From an uncultured Fibrobacteraceae bacterium (GTDB lineage: Bacteria > Krumholzibacteriota > Krumholzibacteriia > LZORAL124-64-63): 64,000 nt of DNA. The position numbers were made by a program, and so were the translations under genes. Shown in pieces: positions 20,253 to 32,690 of this stretch. Under the pieces are notes generated by a model that was not told where the DNA came from, did no database searches, and was given only the letters and a program-made list of their open reading frames with translations. The number at the start of each line of letters is the position of its first letter. The stretch's first letter is position 1. The stretch spans positions 22,391 through 86,390 of the forward strand of contig CAYLIV010000003.1 in the NCBI GenBank assembly GCA_964384055.1. The letters run 5' to 3'.

Positions 20253-21094
20253 TGGGATCGGTCCTCCTCGGGCCGGTCGTCGGGGGAATCGGTCGCAGCC
20301 GACCGCGGCCGGCGCGGAAGTAAATCGAGCGCCGCCGGTAAACGGTACCCCGGCAAGTGGTAGGCCAGGAACCGATGAAGCAGGATGCCGATTTCCCGGG
20401 CCAGTTCTCGCGCGAGCACACAGCGGGACCAGTCGCGCCAGTCGGCTTCGGCCAACGCCAGCAAGGCCGCGCGCGCGTCCACGGTCAGCTGCCGGCTACC
20501 GGCGGCCGTCTCCGCGTCCAGACACCGCGGACAGACGAGGCCGCCGCTTGCCGGATCAAAACGTAGCGGACGGTCACTGCGCGGCGGCTGGGTTTCGTTA
20601 CAGCCGCAACAGGCCGTCAACTCTGGCGCGGTCCCCTGCAGGCGCAACAGCGCCAGTTCGAACGCATAAAACGTTGCCGCTTCGCCGGCTGTCGGAGCGC
20701 ACGATAACACCCTGAAGAAGTCCTGGCAAAGAGCAAAGAGTTCGGCTTCGCAGTCGCCGGTCGGCCGGCAACGGTCCAGCAATTCCACACTCGCCAGCAG
20801 AAAGGCGGATTTCTCGAGGCTGGTCGCCTCGGCCAGCGGATCGAGCAGCAGTGAACCGCCGCGAGCGTACTGCAACTGTCGCTCGGGATTCAGACTGAAC
20901 TCGAGATGGATCAGACGTCCCGCGTGCAGCAGCGGACGGAGCTGCGAGCGTTGCTTGCGCGCACCCTTGCCGATGACACGCACATAACCCGCGTCGGCCG
21001 TCAACAGCGAGGCGATGGTGCTGGTCTCGCCACTGGGCCAGGTCCGCAGGACGACCACCGGACAGGCGACCACGGGTTGCGGCAGCAGCCCCAT
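20249..21094 (-). CDS. recO: DNA repair protein RecO.
   Basis: The RecO N-terminal OB-fold ([37 protein letters not shown]) and the C-terminal Cys4 zinc motif (CCGCNE...CPRC) are present. It lies directly upstream of glyQS, as in many bacteria. Confidence 0.8.
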   Translation of the reverse strand: MGLLPQPVVACPVVVLRTWPSGETSTIASLLTADAGYVRVIGKGARKQRSQLRPLLHAGRLIHLEFSLNPERQLQYARGGSLLLDPLAEATSLEKSAFLLASVELLDRCRPTGDCEAELFALCQDFFRVLSCAPTAGEAATFYAFELALLRLQGTAPELTACCGCNETQPPRSDRPLRFDPASGGLVCPRCLDAETAAGSRQLTVDARAALLALAEADWRDWSRCVLARELAREIGILLHRFLAYHLPGYRLPAALDLLPRRPRSAATDSPDDRPEEDRSQ

Positions 21095-21096
21095 GG

Positions 21097-22554
21097 CTAT
21101 CCCGGCCCCGTACCCAGACTGAGCATCACCGTCGCCAGTCCCAGATAGATCAGGAGCCCGAAGATATCGTTGGCCGTGGTGATGAACGGACCGGTCGCCA
21201 CCGCGGGATCCGCGCCGGCCCGGTGCAGCAGCAGGGGCACGCCGGTGCCCGCGGCCGCTGCGAAGATGATCACCATCAACATGGACAGTGCGACGACGGC
21301 GGCCAGATACAGGTCATCGAAGTAGAGCGCGATCACGAACAGCGCCGCGGCGATAGCCAGGCCGCAAAGCACCGACGTGAGCAGCTCGCGCAGCATGTGC
21401 CGCCCCAGGTGGTAGAAGTCGACCTCGCCTGTGGCCAGGCCGCGGACCACGACCGACGAGGTCTGGATTCCGATATTGCCGGCCATGCCCATGATGACGG
21501 GGATGAAAAAAGCCAGGGCGACCTTCGCCTCGAGACTGGCCTCGAAGCGGGACAGCACCAGCACGGCGCCGATCTGCCCCAGCAGCGCGCCGAACAACCA
21601 GGGCAGCCGCGACCGCGCCACGCGCAGGAACGATTGCTCGCCGAACTCCGCGACGCTGACGCCGGCGAGGCGGGAGATGTCCTCTGTGGCCTCGTCCTCG
21701 ACCACGTCGAGCACGTCGTCGGCGGTGATGCGACCGACCAGCCGGCCGGCGTCGTCGACGACCGGCAAGGTGATCAGATCGTGGGTCATGCAGAACTGCG
21801 CCACGTCTTCCTGGTCGAGATCCACCGGCACGTACAGGGGATCCGGCTCCATGATCTCCCCCACCGGCGTCGGCGGCGAGGCGAGAAGCATCTTGACCAG
21901 GGGCAGACGTCCTACCAGCCGGCCGTCCGGTTCGACCACGAAGATGAAGTGCAGCTCTTCCAGGTCGTCCTCTTCCAGCGAGCGCACGGTGGCGATGGCG
22001 TCGCCGCAGGTCGAGTCGCGGTCACAGGCGACGAACTCCTTGCCCATCAGGCCACCGGCGGTCTCCGACTCGTACTGGAGCAGTTCCGTGACCTCGTCAC
22101 GTTCCTCCGGCTCCATGGCCGCCAGAATCTCCTGGGCCTGGTCATCCGCGAGCTCGCCGATGACATCGGTCGCCTCGTCCGAGGGCATCTCCTCGATGAC
22201 GTCGGCGATCTCGTCGATATCGAGCAGGGTGAACAAGGCGCTCAGGCTGCGGTTGTCGATCTCGGAAAGGACTTCGGCCAGCGGATCGGCCGGCAACAGC
22301 CGCAGAATCCTGGCCGTGTCCTCGACGCTCAACGGTCGCAGGATCTCGGACAGATCGCCGGGCGACAGTTCCGTGGCCAGGCTGCGCATCGCCTCGTCGT
22401 CGTCGGCCAGGAGATACTCCTCGAACGCGACGAGGTAGCCGTGGCGCTCGGCCTCGAGGTTGGTCGGGTCCAGCACGCGTTCTTCCGGGCGCGAGGTCGG
22501 TTGCTGGTCGCGAAGCTCATCGCTCACGAGACGTCCTCCGAATCTGGCGGGCAC
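21097..22554 (-). CDS. mgtE: Magnesium transporter MgtE.
   Basis: The MgtE N-domain, tandem CBS domains, and the C-terminal TM domain with MGMAGNIGIQTSSVVVRGLATGE are present. The start is uncertain because the track ORF overlaps the upstream gene by 31 nt. Confidence 0.85.
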   Translation of the reverse strand: MPARFGGRLVSDELRDQQPTSRPEERVLDPTNLEAERHGYLVAFEEYLLADDDEAMRSLATELSPGDLSEILRPLSVEDTARILRLLPADPLAEVLSEIDNRSLSALFTLLDIDEIADVIEEMPSDEATDVIGELADDQAQEILAAMEPEERDEVTELLQYESETAGGLMGKEFVACDRDSTCGDAIATVRSLEEDDLEELHFIFVVEPDGRLVGRLPLVKMLLASPPTPVGEIMEPDPLYVPVDLDQEDVAQFCMTHDLITLPVVDDAGRLVGRITADDVLDVVEDEATEDISRLAGVSVAEFGEQSFLRVARSRLPWLFGALLGQIGAVLVLSRFEASLEAKVALAFFIPVIMGMAGNIGIQTSSVVVRGLATGEVDFYHLGRHMLRELLTSVLCGLAIAAALFVIALYFDDLYLAAVVALSMLMVIIFAAAAGTGVPLLLHRAGADPAVATGPFITTANDIFGLLIYLGLATVMLSLGTGPG

Positions 22555-23201
22555 TCCGGATCCGCGGTTTTCGCCGTCAGACTACGGATCTTGGTCGCGA
22601 ACACCTGTCCCAGCTCCGGGGACATGACCGCGCCGCCGGAAATGATCAGCTTGATGCCTTCTTCGATGGTCAGCGGCAACTCGCAAACGTCTTCGCGCGG
22701 CAGGACGAGCAGGTATCCGGAGGTCGGATTGGGCGTCGTGGGCAAGAAGACGTTCACCAACGGGCTCGCCTCGTGTTCGTGGGTCAGAAAGCCGACCGAG
22801 GTGATGCCCCGGCGCGGATACTCGAAGATCACCACTTTCTTGAACGCCGAGCGTCGGTCCCCGATGAATACCTCGGTGATCTGCTTGATCGCCGTGAAGA
22901 TCCCCGTGATGATGGGGATACGCTTCAGCGTCTTCTCCACCAGGCCGAAAAAAGCCATCCCGATCAGGTTGCGCGTGAACAGCCCCACGAGCACGATCAG
23001 CAGCACGAAAGCCAGCAGGCCCAGTACCGTCAGGAAGAACTCGGGGTAGGTATCGGCCAGTGACGGAATGCGCTGCAGCCAGGGGCGCATGGTGGCGTTG
23101 ATCAACTTGTAGAACCGCCAGAGTATCCAGCAGGTGATCGCCAGCGGTGTGACCGCCAGTAGACCGGTCAGAAAATGACGTTGCATGAACTTCAACATCA
23201 A
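22524..23201 (-). CDS. DUF502-family membrane protein.
   Basis: 225 aa with two N-terminal TM helices (LTGLLAVTPLAITCWILWRFY, LTVLGLLAFVLLIVLVGLF), typical of DUF502. Confidence 0.65.
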   Translation of the reverse strand: MMLKFMQRHFLTGLLAVTPLAITCWILWRFYKLINATMRPWLQRIPSLADTYPEFFLTVLGLLAFVLLIVLVGLFTRNLIGMAFFGLVEKTLKRIPIITGIFTAIKQITEVFIGDRRSAFKKVVIFEYPRRGITSVGFLTHEHEASPLVNVFLPTTPNPTSGYLLVLPREDVCELPLTIEEGIKLIISGGAVMSPELGQVFATKIRSLTAKTADPECPPDSEDVS

Positions 23202-23207
23202 ACCACC

Positions 23208-24572
23208 CTACTGTCGGTTCGGATCCTGGCCGGCGGACTCGCCGGTACGGCGTTCATTCGTGTCGCGGCGCGCGAACCCGGGCAGTGGTGTCGACGAGTG
23301 AATCGTGGCGCGCAGGATTCTCTGGTCGACCACCTCTTCGACGGTCACCTCGAACTCCGATACCTCGATGCGATCGCCGCGCTGCGGCACGTTGCCCGCC
23401 GCCTCGTAGATCAGCCCGCCCAGCGTCTCGCTCGTTTCGCTACCCTCGGCCGGCACCGAGACGCCCAGCAGTTCCTCCAGATCCTCGAGATCGATCTTGG
23501 GGTCGACCCGCAACGTCCGCTCGTCGATCCACTCGAAAAGCTGCTCCTGATCGTCGAACTCGTCCTCGATCTCGCCGACGATCTCCTCGATAACGTCCTC
23601 GAGCGTCACCAGACCGGCGGTGCCCCCGTATTCGTCGATGACCACTGCCATGTGAATGCGTTGCGCACGAAACTCGTCGAGCACCTCGTCGATCTTCTTG
23701 CTTTCAGGAATGAAGTACGCCGGCCGCGCCAGGTCGGCGAGCAACCGGCCGTCGGTAACCAGCCGATCCTGGTCGACGAGATTCAGCAGGTCCTTCGAGT
23801 AGAGAATGCCGATGACCTTGTCGATGCTCCCCTCATAGACGGGAATCCGCGAGTGGCGCTTATCGTTCACCGTCTGCACCACGTCGGCGATGGAGGTGCT
23901 CACGTCGAGCGAGACCATATCGATGCGCGGCACCATGATCTCGCGTACGACGGTCTGCCGCAGCTCGAAGATCCCGTGGATCATCTCGCGTTCTTCCTCG
24001 TCCAGGGTCACCTCTTCCTGATCCTCGTTGATCAGGCTACGAATCTCGCCGGACGACAGATGCAGCAGCGCCTCGGTGGTCCACAGCGTGTCGTCGAAGC
24101 GGTCCATGATCCAGAGGGTGACCGCCACCCAGGGCCGCAGCAGCCACTGGATGGGGAACAGCAGTCCGCCGACGACGCGGGCGTAGCCGAGCGCCGCTGC
24201 CGATGCCACGGCCTTGAGCAGCACGCCACCCACCGCCCAGGCCACGATGGTGGTCACGGCGTATACCAGGTAGAACCGGAAACTCGCCGGCCCACTCCAC
24301 AGCCCATCAAGCAAACGTCCCCAGGCCAGGCACCCGAGCACGGTCAGCGCGAGGTACAGCGTGCTGACGGTCACCAGGAATCGTCGCGACGCCTGCAGGT
24401 AGCCGTCCAGCACCGTGCCGAGCCGCTCGGCAGCGAGCAGGCCGTTTCGATACAGACCGCTGACCCGGAAAAAGGCGGTCATCAGACCGGCCATCGTCAT
24501 GGCGCCCAGATAGGCCACCAGGGCCAGAATCAGCGTTCCGGTATCCGCCGCACCGCTCGTGCCCTCCCCCAT
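23208..24572 (-). CDS. corC: CorC/HlyC-family Mg2+/Co2+ efflux protein (DUF21 + CBS pair + CorC_HlyC).
   Basis: DUF21 TM region, CBS pair (VREIMVPRIDMVSL...), and a C-terminal transporter-associated domain. The start is moved to ATG 24572 (MGEGTSGAADTG...), 7 nt after the ybeY stop. The track start 24644 would overlap ybeY by 65 nt. Confidence 0.8.
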   Translation of the reverse strand: MGEGTSGAADTGTLILALVAYLGAMTMAGLMTAFFRVSGLYRNGLLAAERLGTVLDGYLQASRRFLVTVSTLYLALTVLGCLAWGRLLDGLWSGPASFRFYLVYAVTTIVAWAVGGVLLKAVASAAALGYARVVGGLLFPIQWLLRPWVAVTLWIMDRFDDTLWTTEALLHLSSGEIRSLINEDQEEVTLDEEEREMIHGIFELRQTVVREIMVPRIDMVSLDVSTSIADVVQTVNDKRHSRIPVYEGSIDKVIGILYSKDLLNLVDQDRLVTDGRLLADLARPAYFIPESKKIDEVLDEFRAQRIHMAVVIDEYGGTAGLVTLEDVIEEIVGEIEDEFDDQEQLFEWIDERTLRVDPKIDLEDLEELLGVSVPAEGSETSETLGGLIYEAAGNVPQRGDRIEVSEFEVTVEEVVDQRILRATIHSSTPLPGFARRDTNERRTGESAGQDPNRQ

Positions 24573-24579
24573 CGGTAGC

Positions 24580-25116
24580 TCATCCCCTTTCGCGCAAAGG
24601 ATGCTCGACACCACACGTTGCCAGCACGCGGGTCTCCTCCTCACGCATCAGTCGGTGTTGCGCCTCGTCCCCGTGTTCCCAGCCGAGAATGTGCAGCGCG
24701 CCGTGCACCGTCAACAGCGCCAGTTCGTTCGATTGCGACCAGTCGTTCTCCAGGCAGCGTTGCACGATGAACGCCGGAGCCAGCACGATTTCACCGGCGA
24801 CGAACTCCGCTTCCGCTTCGAGGGTGAAGCGTTCGCGCCACAGGTCGTGCCGGGCGCCACGGCTACCGGCCGCGACACTCGGCGCACCGTCGCCGGATTC
24901 GTCCAGGTAGCTGAAAGAGAGCACGTCGGTCACACCGGGCACTTCGCGGTAGTCGCTGTTCAGCGAACTCATGCGGCTGTCGTCGACCAGCACCAGATCC
25001 AGTACCCAGTCCTCCCCGCCCAGACCGGCGCACAGACGCTGCAGCATGACCAGCTGCTCGTCTTCGCATTGCCACGTCGTATCGTTTTGACGCTGGTCGA
25101 CCAGTCTGAGTTTCAC
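24580..25116 (-). CDS. ybeY: Endoribonuclease YbeY.
   Basis: VHGALHILGWEHGDEAQ matches the YbeY H-x3-H-x5-H zinc motif. The gene is 178 aa. It overlaps pgpH by 4 nt. Confidence 0.9.
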   Translation of the reverse strand: MKLRLVDQRQNDTTWQCEDEQLVMLQRLCAGLGGEDWVLDLVLVDDSRMSSLNSDYREVPGVTDVLSFSYLDESGDGAPSVAAGSRGARHDLWRERFTLEAEAEFVAGEIVLAPAFIVQRCLENDWSQSNELALLTVHGALHILGWEHGDEAQHRLMREEETRVLATCGVEHPLRERG

Positions 25117-27482
25117 GACTCGCTCTTTCCTACGGTCCGGGGTTCCCGTTCGGTCTTGCGGTCGCTCTTGCGTTCGCTCTTCTTCTCGGCCTTCTTCTCG
25201 GCCTTTTTCTCGGTCTTGCGGTCGGCCGGTCGTTCCGCGTCGCGCGTTCGTTGCCCCGGATAGGCGATCCGCGCGTGGTGGATCCCGGTCAACAAGGGTA
25301 TGAACGCCTCCCGAATCCGTGCCAGATCGCTCAGCGTGAGGTTCGATTCATCCAGTTCGCCGCTGAGCATGCGCTTGTCGACGATCTGCTTGGTGATTTC
25401 CTTGATCCGGCTCGGGGTCGGTTTACCCAGCGAGCGCGTCGCCGCCTCGACGGCGTCGGCGAGCATGAGAACCGCCGTCTCACGGCAGTGCGGTTTCGGA
25501 CCGGGATAACGGAAATCGTCGACCTTGACCGTCTCGTTGCCGTCACCCTCGAGCGCCTTGTGGTAGAAGTACTCCATCACGTTGGTGCCGTGGTGTTCGG
25601 GTATGAAATCGATCACCGCCTGCGGCAACCGCCATCTCCGCCCCAGCTCGATCCCGTCCTTCACGTGCGCGGAGATGACCAGCGCGCTCATGCTCGGACT
25701 CAACTCGTCGTGCTTGTTGTCGCCCACACGCTGATTCTCGACATAGTAGGTCGGCTTGGCCAGCTTGCCGATATCGTGGAACAGCCCGCCCACGCGCGTC
25801 AGCAGTGAATTGGCGTTGATCGCCCGCGCCGCCTGTTCAGCCAGTTGGCTGACCACCTGGCTGTGGTGGTAGGTCCCCTGCGCTTCGAGCGCCAGTCGTT
25901 TCAGCAACGGATGATTGAGATCCGACAGTTCGAGCAGGGTCAGGTCACTCGACACGCCGACCGCCGGCTCGACGACCGGCAGCAGAAAGAGCACGATGAA
26001 AACCGACAGGATCGATGTACCGATGGCGACGAAGTATACGGTACCGTTACCGATCAGGGCCTCGCCGGCGACCGCCCGGGTAACGGCGGTCAGGAAAACG
26101 GAGGTCAGGATGAGCAGACCGATGGTCTGATAGAACTGCGCGCGGCGACGGATCCGGCGTACGGCGACCACGGTCACCACGCCCAGGACCAGCAACACGA
26201 AATAGGCGATTGCCGAGATCTCGGGCAACAGGCCGAGCAAGGAAACCGCAAGCACCGTCGTGCTGTAGCCCACACGATCCTTGAAGAGTACCGTCGTCAG
26301 CAACGACAGCATGGCGATGGGCACCCCGAAGGTTCCCAGGCCCAGCCGCCCCAGCGTGAACGCCGCGCCACAGAGGAACAGGGCCATGCTCGCGGTCAGC
26401 GCCCACAAGAAACGGTGGCGCCGTAACACGAGCGGGAAGTGGACGCTGCCGAGCCAGCCGTACATCCCGAGCGCCAACCCCAGGAGCAAGATCCGGGTCA
26501 GGAAGCGCGCGAACCTCTCCCCGGTGGATGCGCTACTGCCCCGTTCACTGAGCAAGGCGTTGAGTCTTTCCAGATAAACCGCTTTTTCTTCGGTGACCCG
26601 TTCCCCACGGTCCACGATCCGCTCACCGACGATGAACTCGTGCGTCGTGGGCACGGTGCTCCGGGCGATGTTCTGACGTATCCGGGTTTCCGTGGAGTCG
26701 TGACGCAGATTGGTCACCACGAAATGCCGGAGCAGCGAACTCATCCAGTCGATATCCGCGAGCGGCATACCGGCGTTCTTGAGCTGGTCGAAGACGCGAC
26801 TGCCCACATCCACCTGATCGGAGACCTTCTCGCGGTCCAGCAGGGTTTCGGTCTCGTCGGCAACGAGTCGCACCTTCACATAGGTGCCGTACGGCAGTCG
26901 ATCGACGACGCCGTTGGCGAGGACCGATTGCAGCACCTCGGACATGGCGGTCAGCATCGCCGCGTGATCGTCGTAGGTCAGCGCACGCTGCAGATCGCCC
27001 GCGCCGAGCACCGGGAACGTCAGGCTCAGGCGACTCGTCATCTCCTCGAGCGAGATCAGGGGGTTGGACAGCATGCTGCGTAACGAATCGCCGAAAGCGG
27101 CGAATCGTTCCCTCGCGCCGTTTCCCGGCTGCAGCTGTTCCCAGTGCAGGACCGGCGGTTCGGTCAAGGCTTCGACGTGTCGCTGTGCTTCGACCTCGCT
27201 CTCGAGGAACGGAGCCTCGAAGGCTATCGGCGCCCGGATTTCTTCCGAGGCGATGTCGCCGACGGCGGGAAAATCGGACACCAGACGCGGTAACGGCGGA
27301 AACAGAACCAGGTGCAGTACGACGATGGCCGCACCGGCGGCGATCGCCCAGTACCAGGAGCGAAGCGATCGTCGCGCGTCGCTCTCGGCGGTCTTGGTCG
27401 ATATGCGCGGCTGAGCGCGCCCCTCGCGGGCGGCGGCGCCGAAGCGCAACAGACTCACGAACCGCAACCACAGACCACGCAT
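25113..27482 (-). CDS. pgpH: 7TM-HD membrane phosphohydrolase, PgpH-like cyclic-di-AMP phosphodiesterase.
   Basis: An N-terminal extracellular domain, then a 7TM region, then an HD domain (HHSQVVSQLAEQAAR...GGLFHDIGKLAKPTYYVENQ). It lies between phoH and ybeY as in the Bacillus yqfF/pgpH locus. Confidence 0.8.
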   Translation of the reverse strand: MRGLWLRFVSLLRFGAAAREGRAQPRISTKTAESDARRSLRSWYWAIAAGAAIVVLHLVLFPPLPRLVSDFPAVGDIASEEIRAPIAFEAPFLESEVEAQRHVEALTEPPVLHWEQLQPGNGARERFAAFGDSLRSMLSNPLISLEEMTSRLSLTFPVLGAGDLQRALTYDDHAAMLTAMSEVLQSVLANGVVDRLPYGTYVKVRLVADETETLLDREKVSDQVDVGSRVFDQLKNAGMPLADIDWMSSLLRHFVVTNLRHDSTETRIRQNIARSTVPTTHEFIVGERIVDRGERVTEEKAVYLERLNALLSERGSSASTGERFARFLTRILLLGLALGMYGWLGSVHFPLVLRRHRFLWALTASMALFLCGAAFTLGRLGLGTFGVPIAMLSLLTTVLFKDRVGYSTTVLAVSLLGLLPEISAIAYFVLLVLGVVTVVAVRRIRRRAQFYQTIGLLILTSVFLTAVTRAVAGEALIGNGTVYFVAIGTSILSVFIVLFLLPVVEPAVGVSSDLTLLELSDLNHPLLKRLALEAQGTYHHSQVVSQLAEQAARAINANSLLTRVGGLFHDIGKLAKPTYYVENQRVGDNKHDELSPSMSALVISAHVKDGIELGRRWRLPQAVIDFIPEHHGTNVMEYFYHKALEGDGNETVKVDDFRYPGPKPHCRETAVLMLADAVEAATRSLGKPTPSRIKEITKQIVDKRMLSGELDESNLTLSDLARIREAFIPLLTGIHHARIAYPGQRTRDAERPADRKTEKKAEKKAEKKSERKSDRKTEREPRTVGKSES

Positions 27483-27484
27483 GA

Positions 27485-28494
27485 CTACTTCCTCTCGTCC
27501 GAAAAGCGGTCGGCCGCAGCAAAGGCGTCGACGATGCGACGAACCAGTGGATGCCGCAACACGTCGGCCCCGGAGAGTTCGACGAAGGAGATACCGTCGG
27601 TACCGGCCAACACGTCGCGCACGTGAACCAGACCCGAGGGTTCCCTGGCGGCCAGGTCGATCTGCGTCACGTCGCCCGTGACCACGGCCTTGGCCTGAAA
27701 GCCCAGGCGGGTCAGAAACATCTTCATCTGTCCCACGGTGGTATTCTGCGCCTCATCGAGGATGACGAACGCGTTGTTCAGCGTCCGGCCGCGCATGTAC
27801 GCCAGCGGCGAGGCCTCGATGATGCCGCTCGACAGGTAGCGGGCGATCTTCGCCGGTCCGATGATGTCGGACAACGCATCATAGAGCGGCTGCAGGTAGG
27901 GATTGATCTTCTCCTGCAGATCGCCCGGCAGAAACCCCAGCTGTTCCCCGGCTTCGACCGCGGGACGCACCAGCACCACGCGATCGACCAGCCGGCGTTT
28001 CAGGTAATCCATGGCCAGCACCACCGCGAGGAAAGTCTTGCCGGTACCGGCCGGTCCGGTGGCGAATACGATATCGTTGTTGCGAATGGCCTCGACGTAG
28101 CGGCGTTGACCCGCCGTCTTCGCGATCACGGCGCGGCGGATGCCGCTGGTGTGCAGCAACGGCTCGCTATCCTGGACCTGGTCCGCCAGCGGGCTCCGCG
28201 AACTGTCGTGTTGCGCCCAGACGTAGTCGAGGGTCACCTGATCGATGGTCTGGCCGAGCCGCACGCGCTCGATCAACTCGCGAACAACCGCCGCCATGTG
28301 GGCCACCGGTTCGCGTGGGCCGCCGATGATCATGTGCCGTCCACGAACGGTCAGCGTGCCGTCGAAACGGTCTTCGAGGTAGCGCAGGTTGCCGTCGTTC
28401 GTTCCCAGCAGCACGAGCTGGTCCACGTTGGCCAGGTCGAGGCGTTCTTCGCCAAGGTCGATCGGTTGTTGGCGCGACGAACGTCGGCTCATGC

Positions 28495-28498
<4 letters not shown>
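27485..28498 (-). CDS. phoH: PhoH-like ATPase (YbeZ).
   Basis: Walker [13 protein letters not shown] within a PhoH-family core. The gene is 337 aa. Confidence 0.9.
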
Positions 28499-30287
<1,789 letters not shown>

Positions 30288-30291
<4 letters not shown>

Positions 30292-31562
30292 TGACCGAGG
30301 ACCTCCCTGACGGATTCGAGGATTTCCCCCGTTGCCACGGGAAACTGATGACCGGTCTCGAGATTCTTCAGCTGAAAGTTCCTGGCGGCCACCTCATCCT
30401 CGCCGGCGATCAGGACCAGACGCGCGCGGCGCAGATTGGCGGATTTGAGCTGCGCCTTGGCAGAGCGACCGCTGGTGTCCACTTCCACGCGACAGATACC
30501 GCGCAGCAGGTCGGCATTCACGAAAGCGTACTGCTGGGCGGCTTCGCCCAGACAGGCCACATAGACGTCGACCGCTGACTGGCGACAGCGCTGGTAGTCG
30601 ACCGCTTCGTCGTACAGGTGCAGGATCGTGCGTTCGACGCCCATGGAAAAACCGATGGCCGGTGTCGGCGGGCCGCCGCAATCTTCGATCAGACGGTCGT
30701 AGCGCCCGCCGCCGCAGAGCGAACTCTGTTTCCGGCCGCTGCGCGCCGTTATCTCGAAGGTTGTTCGCGTGTAGTAATCGAGACCGCGCACGAGGGTATG
30801 ATCCTCGTCGTACGGCAGGCTGAGCTCGTCGAGACTGTCCTTGACCACGGCGTGGTGCTCGCGGCACTCGTCGCAGAGCTGATCGAGAATCGGCGGGTAC
30901 TCGGCGAGCAGTTCCTGACAGGCTTCGCTCTTGCAATCGAACAGCCGCAGCGGATTGAGCTCGATGCGCGAGCGACAGGTCGCACAGAACGACTCGCGGT
31001 GCGCACGGGCGTACTCGCGCAGGCCGTCGATGTAGTCGGGACGACAGGCCTGGCAGCCGATGCTGTTGAGCTGCACGCTCAGTCCGTCGGCGTCGACGGC
31101 GTCGAAGAGCGCCATGGCGGTCTGGATGGTTTCGGCGTCGAGGACCGGACTCGCCGAACCGATCGCCTCGACACCCACCTGATGGAACTGGCGGTAGCGG
31201 CCTGCCTGCGGCCGGTCGTGCCGGAACATTGGACCGATGTAGTAGAACTTGATCGTACCCGGTTGCCGGCTCAGTCCGTTCTCGAGATAGGCCCGCACCA
31301 CCGACGCCGTCTGTTCCGGACGCAGGGTGATGCTCTCCTTTCCCTTGGTCAGGAAAGAATACATTTCCTTGTCCACGATATCGGTCCCGGATCCGACCGA
31401 CCTGATAAACAGGTCCGTGGGCTCTATGATCGGCGTGCGGATCTCACCGAAGCCGTAGCGTTCCAGAGTCTCCCGCCAGCGTTCCTCGCACCAACGCCAC
31501 CGCTCGGCTTCCTCGAGCATGATGTCACGGGTACCTTTCAGTCGGCGGTACTTGATGTTCAT
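30288..31562 (-). CDS. hisS: Histidine--tRNA ligase.
   Basis: [18 protein letters not shown] is a HisRS N-terminus, and the class II motifs follow. I start it at ATG 31562, which has a GGAGAAG Shine-Dalgarno 4 nt upstream. The track start 31616 is an N-terminal extension. Confidence 0.93.
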
Positions 31563-31724
31563 GTCTTCTCCGGTTTTCGTCGTACTATCCGCTGCGATCG
31601 AGCCACCCTGACGCACCGACGCCCGGGCTCGTGCGGTGACCGGTCACTACCTGGGCAACACGGTCGCAGCATGGCGAGTCCGACTCCCGTCTCCCGCTCA
31701 GCGTCGTATGGGCAACAATATGCC

Positions 31725-32690
31725 CTAATTATCATTTTTAGGCCAGCAACGATCGAAACGCCGGCGAATCAGCTCGAAATCGGGTTCCAGCAGCACGTTG
31801 AAGCCCGACAGACCGATCCTGTCGAGTCCCGCCAGCAGCCTATCCTCCAGCGACGACGGCTCGTCGTCCTGACGTCCGAGCCCGTGCAGCAGCTCGGCCA
31901 GTTGCAGGCGATCCGGCGTCGGCCAGTCGCGCGCGGCCATCAGGACGAGGTCGGGCACCGGCACGGTCAGATGTTCCACCCCCCAGTCCTGCGCGGATAG
32001 CAGGCCGTTGTCGAGGAACATCTCCGCAGTCCACTGCCGTACGACGGCGTAGTCAAAGCAGCCGAGGCGCAGCGCATGAAGTACCGGCGCATGATCATAC
32101 GGATCCGGTCCGAAGGTCCAGGCGGGGTTCCGGCTCGGCCGGGCGAAACTGCCGTCGGTCGTTTCCGCCTCCTGGCAAACCACACCGAATCCGCTCAGGG
32201 AGAGTGAATCGCCGAATACCGTGCGCGATGCCGCCGACAGCCACGGCCGGGCGGTGAGCCCCGCGGTCCGTCGATACACCAGCACCGATCGCGGCCGGAG
32301 GTTGTGCGGCGGTGCGCGGCGACCGGTCGCCAGCGTGGTATATTCCGCCTCCGGCAGATCGAGGGCCGCACCGTCGGGACAGAGGACAATGCGTACGTCC
32401 CCGGCCACCAGCCTGCGGAACTCGGACCGCTGCGCTACGAGCTCCAGGCGTAGGGCCCCGCCAGTCGCCTGTTCGAGCCAGGCGACCAGCGGATCGTAAA
32501 CCAGATCCCGGCGTGTGTCCCGCAGGGGATCGAAGATCAGAACGGTTGCCGCATTGTTCTGCCGGACGGCGCGGGGCAGGATGAGCGCGGCCAGGGCAAG
32601 GACAACGACCAGCACGCCGATGAGCACCGTACTCGGAATCCGGCGCTTACCGCCGACTGATCCGGCGTTCTGCTCCAGGTGATCGGTCAT
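31725..32690 (-). CDS. Membrane-anchored periplasmic-binding-protein-like protein (PhnD/SsuA-like fold?), orphan.
   Basis: N-terminal TM anchor (VLIGVLVVVLALAALILP). Weak resemblance to type-2 PBP / phosphonate-binding domains. There is no adjacent ABC permease or ATPase. Confidence 0.3.
   Translation of the reverse strand: MTDHLEQNAGSVGGKRRIPSTVLIGVLVVVLALAALILPRAVRQNNAATVLIFDPLRDTRRDLVYDPLVAWLEQATGGALRLELVAQRSEFRRLVAGDVRIVLCPDGAALDLPEAEYTTLATGRRAPPHNLRPRSVLVYRRTAGLTARPWLSAASRTVFGDSLSLSGFGVVCQEAETTDGSFARPSRNPAWTFGPDPYDHAPVLHALRLGCFDYAVVRQWTAEMFLDNGLLSAQDWGVEHLTVPVPDLVLMAARDWPTPDRLQLAELLHGLGRQDDEPSSLEDRLLAGLDRIGLSGFNVLLEPDFELIRRRFDRCWPKNDN

Noticed and set aside
21223-23049. 608-aa plus-strand ORF (other shadow ORFs are 23175..24578, 30618..32000, 42555..44372, 45841..47061, 50209..51336 and 56746..58161)
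   Set aside because: All lie opposite well-supported minus-strand genes (mgtE, corC, hisS, the giant secreted protein, the activator, icmF). They have low-complexity R/G/A/D-rich composition and no recognisable domains.
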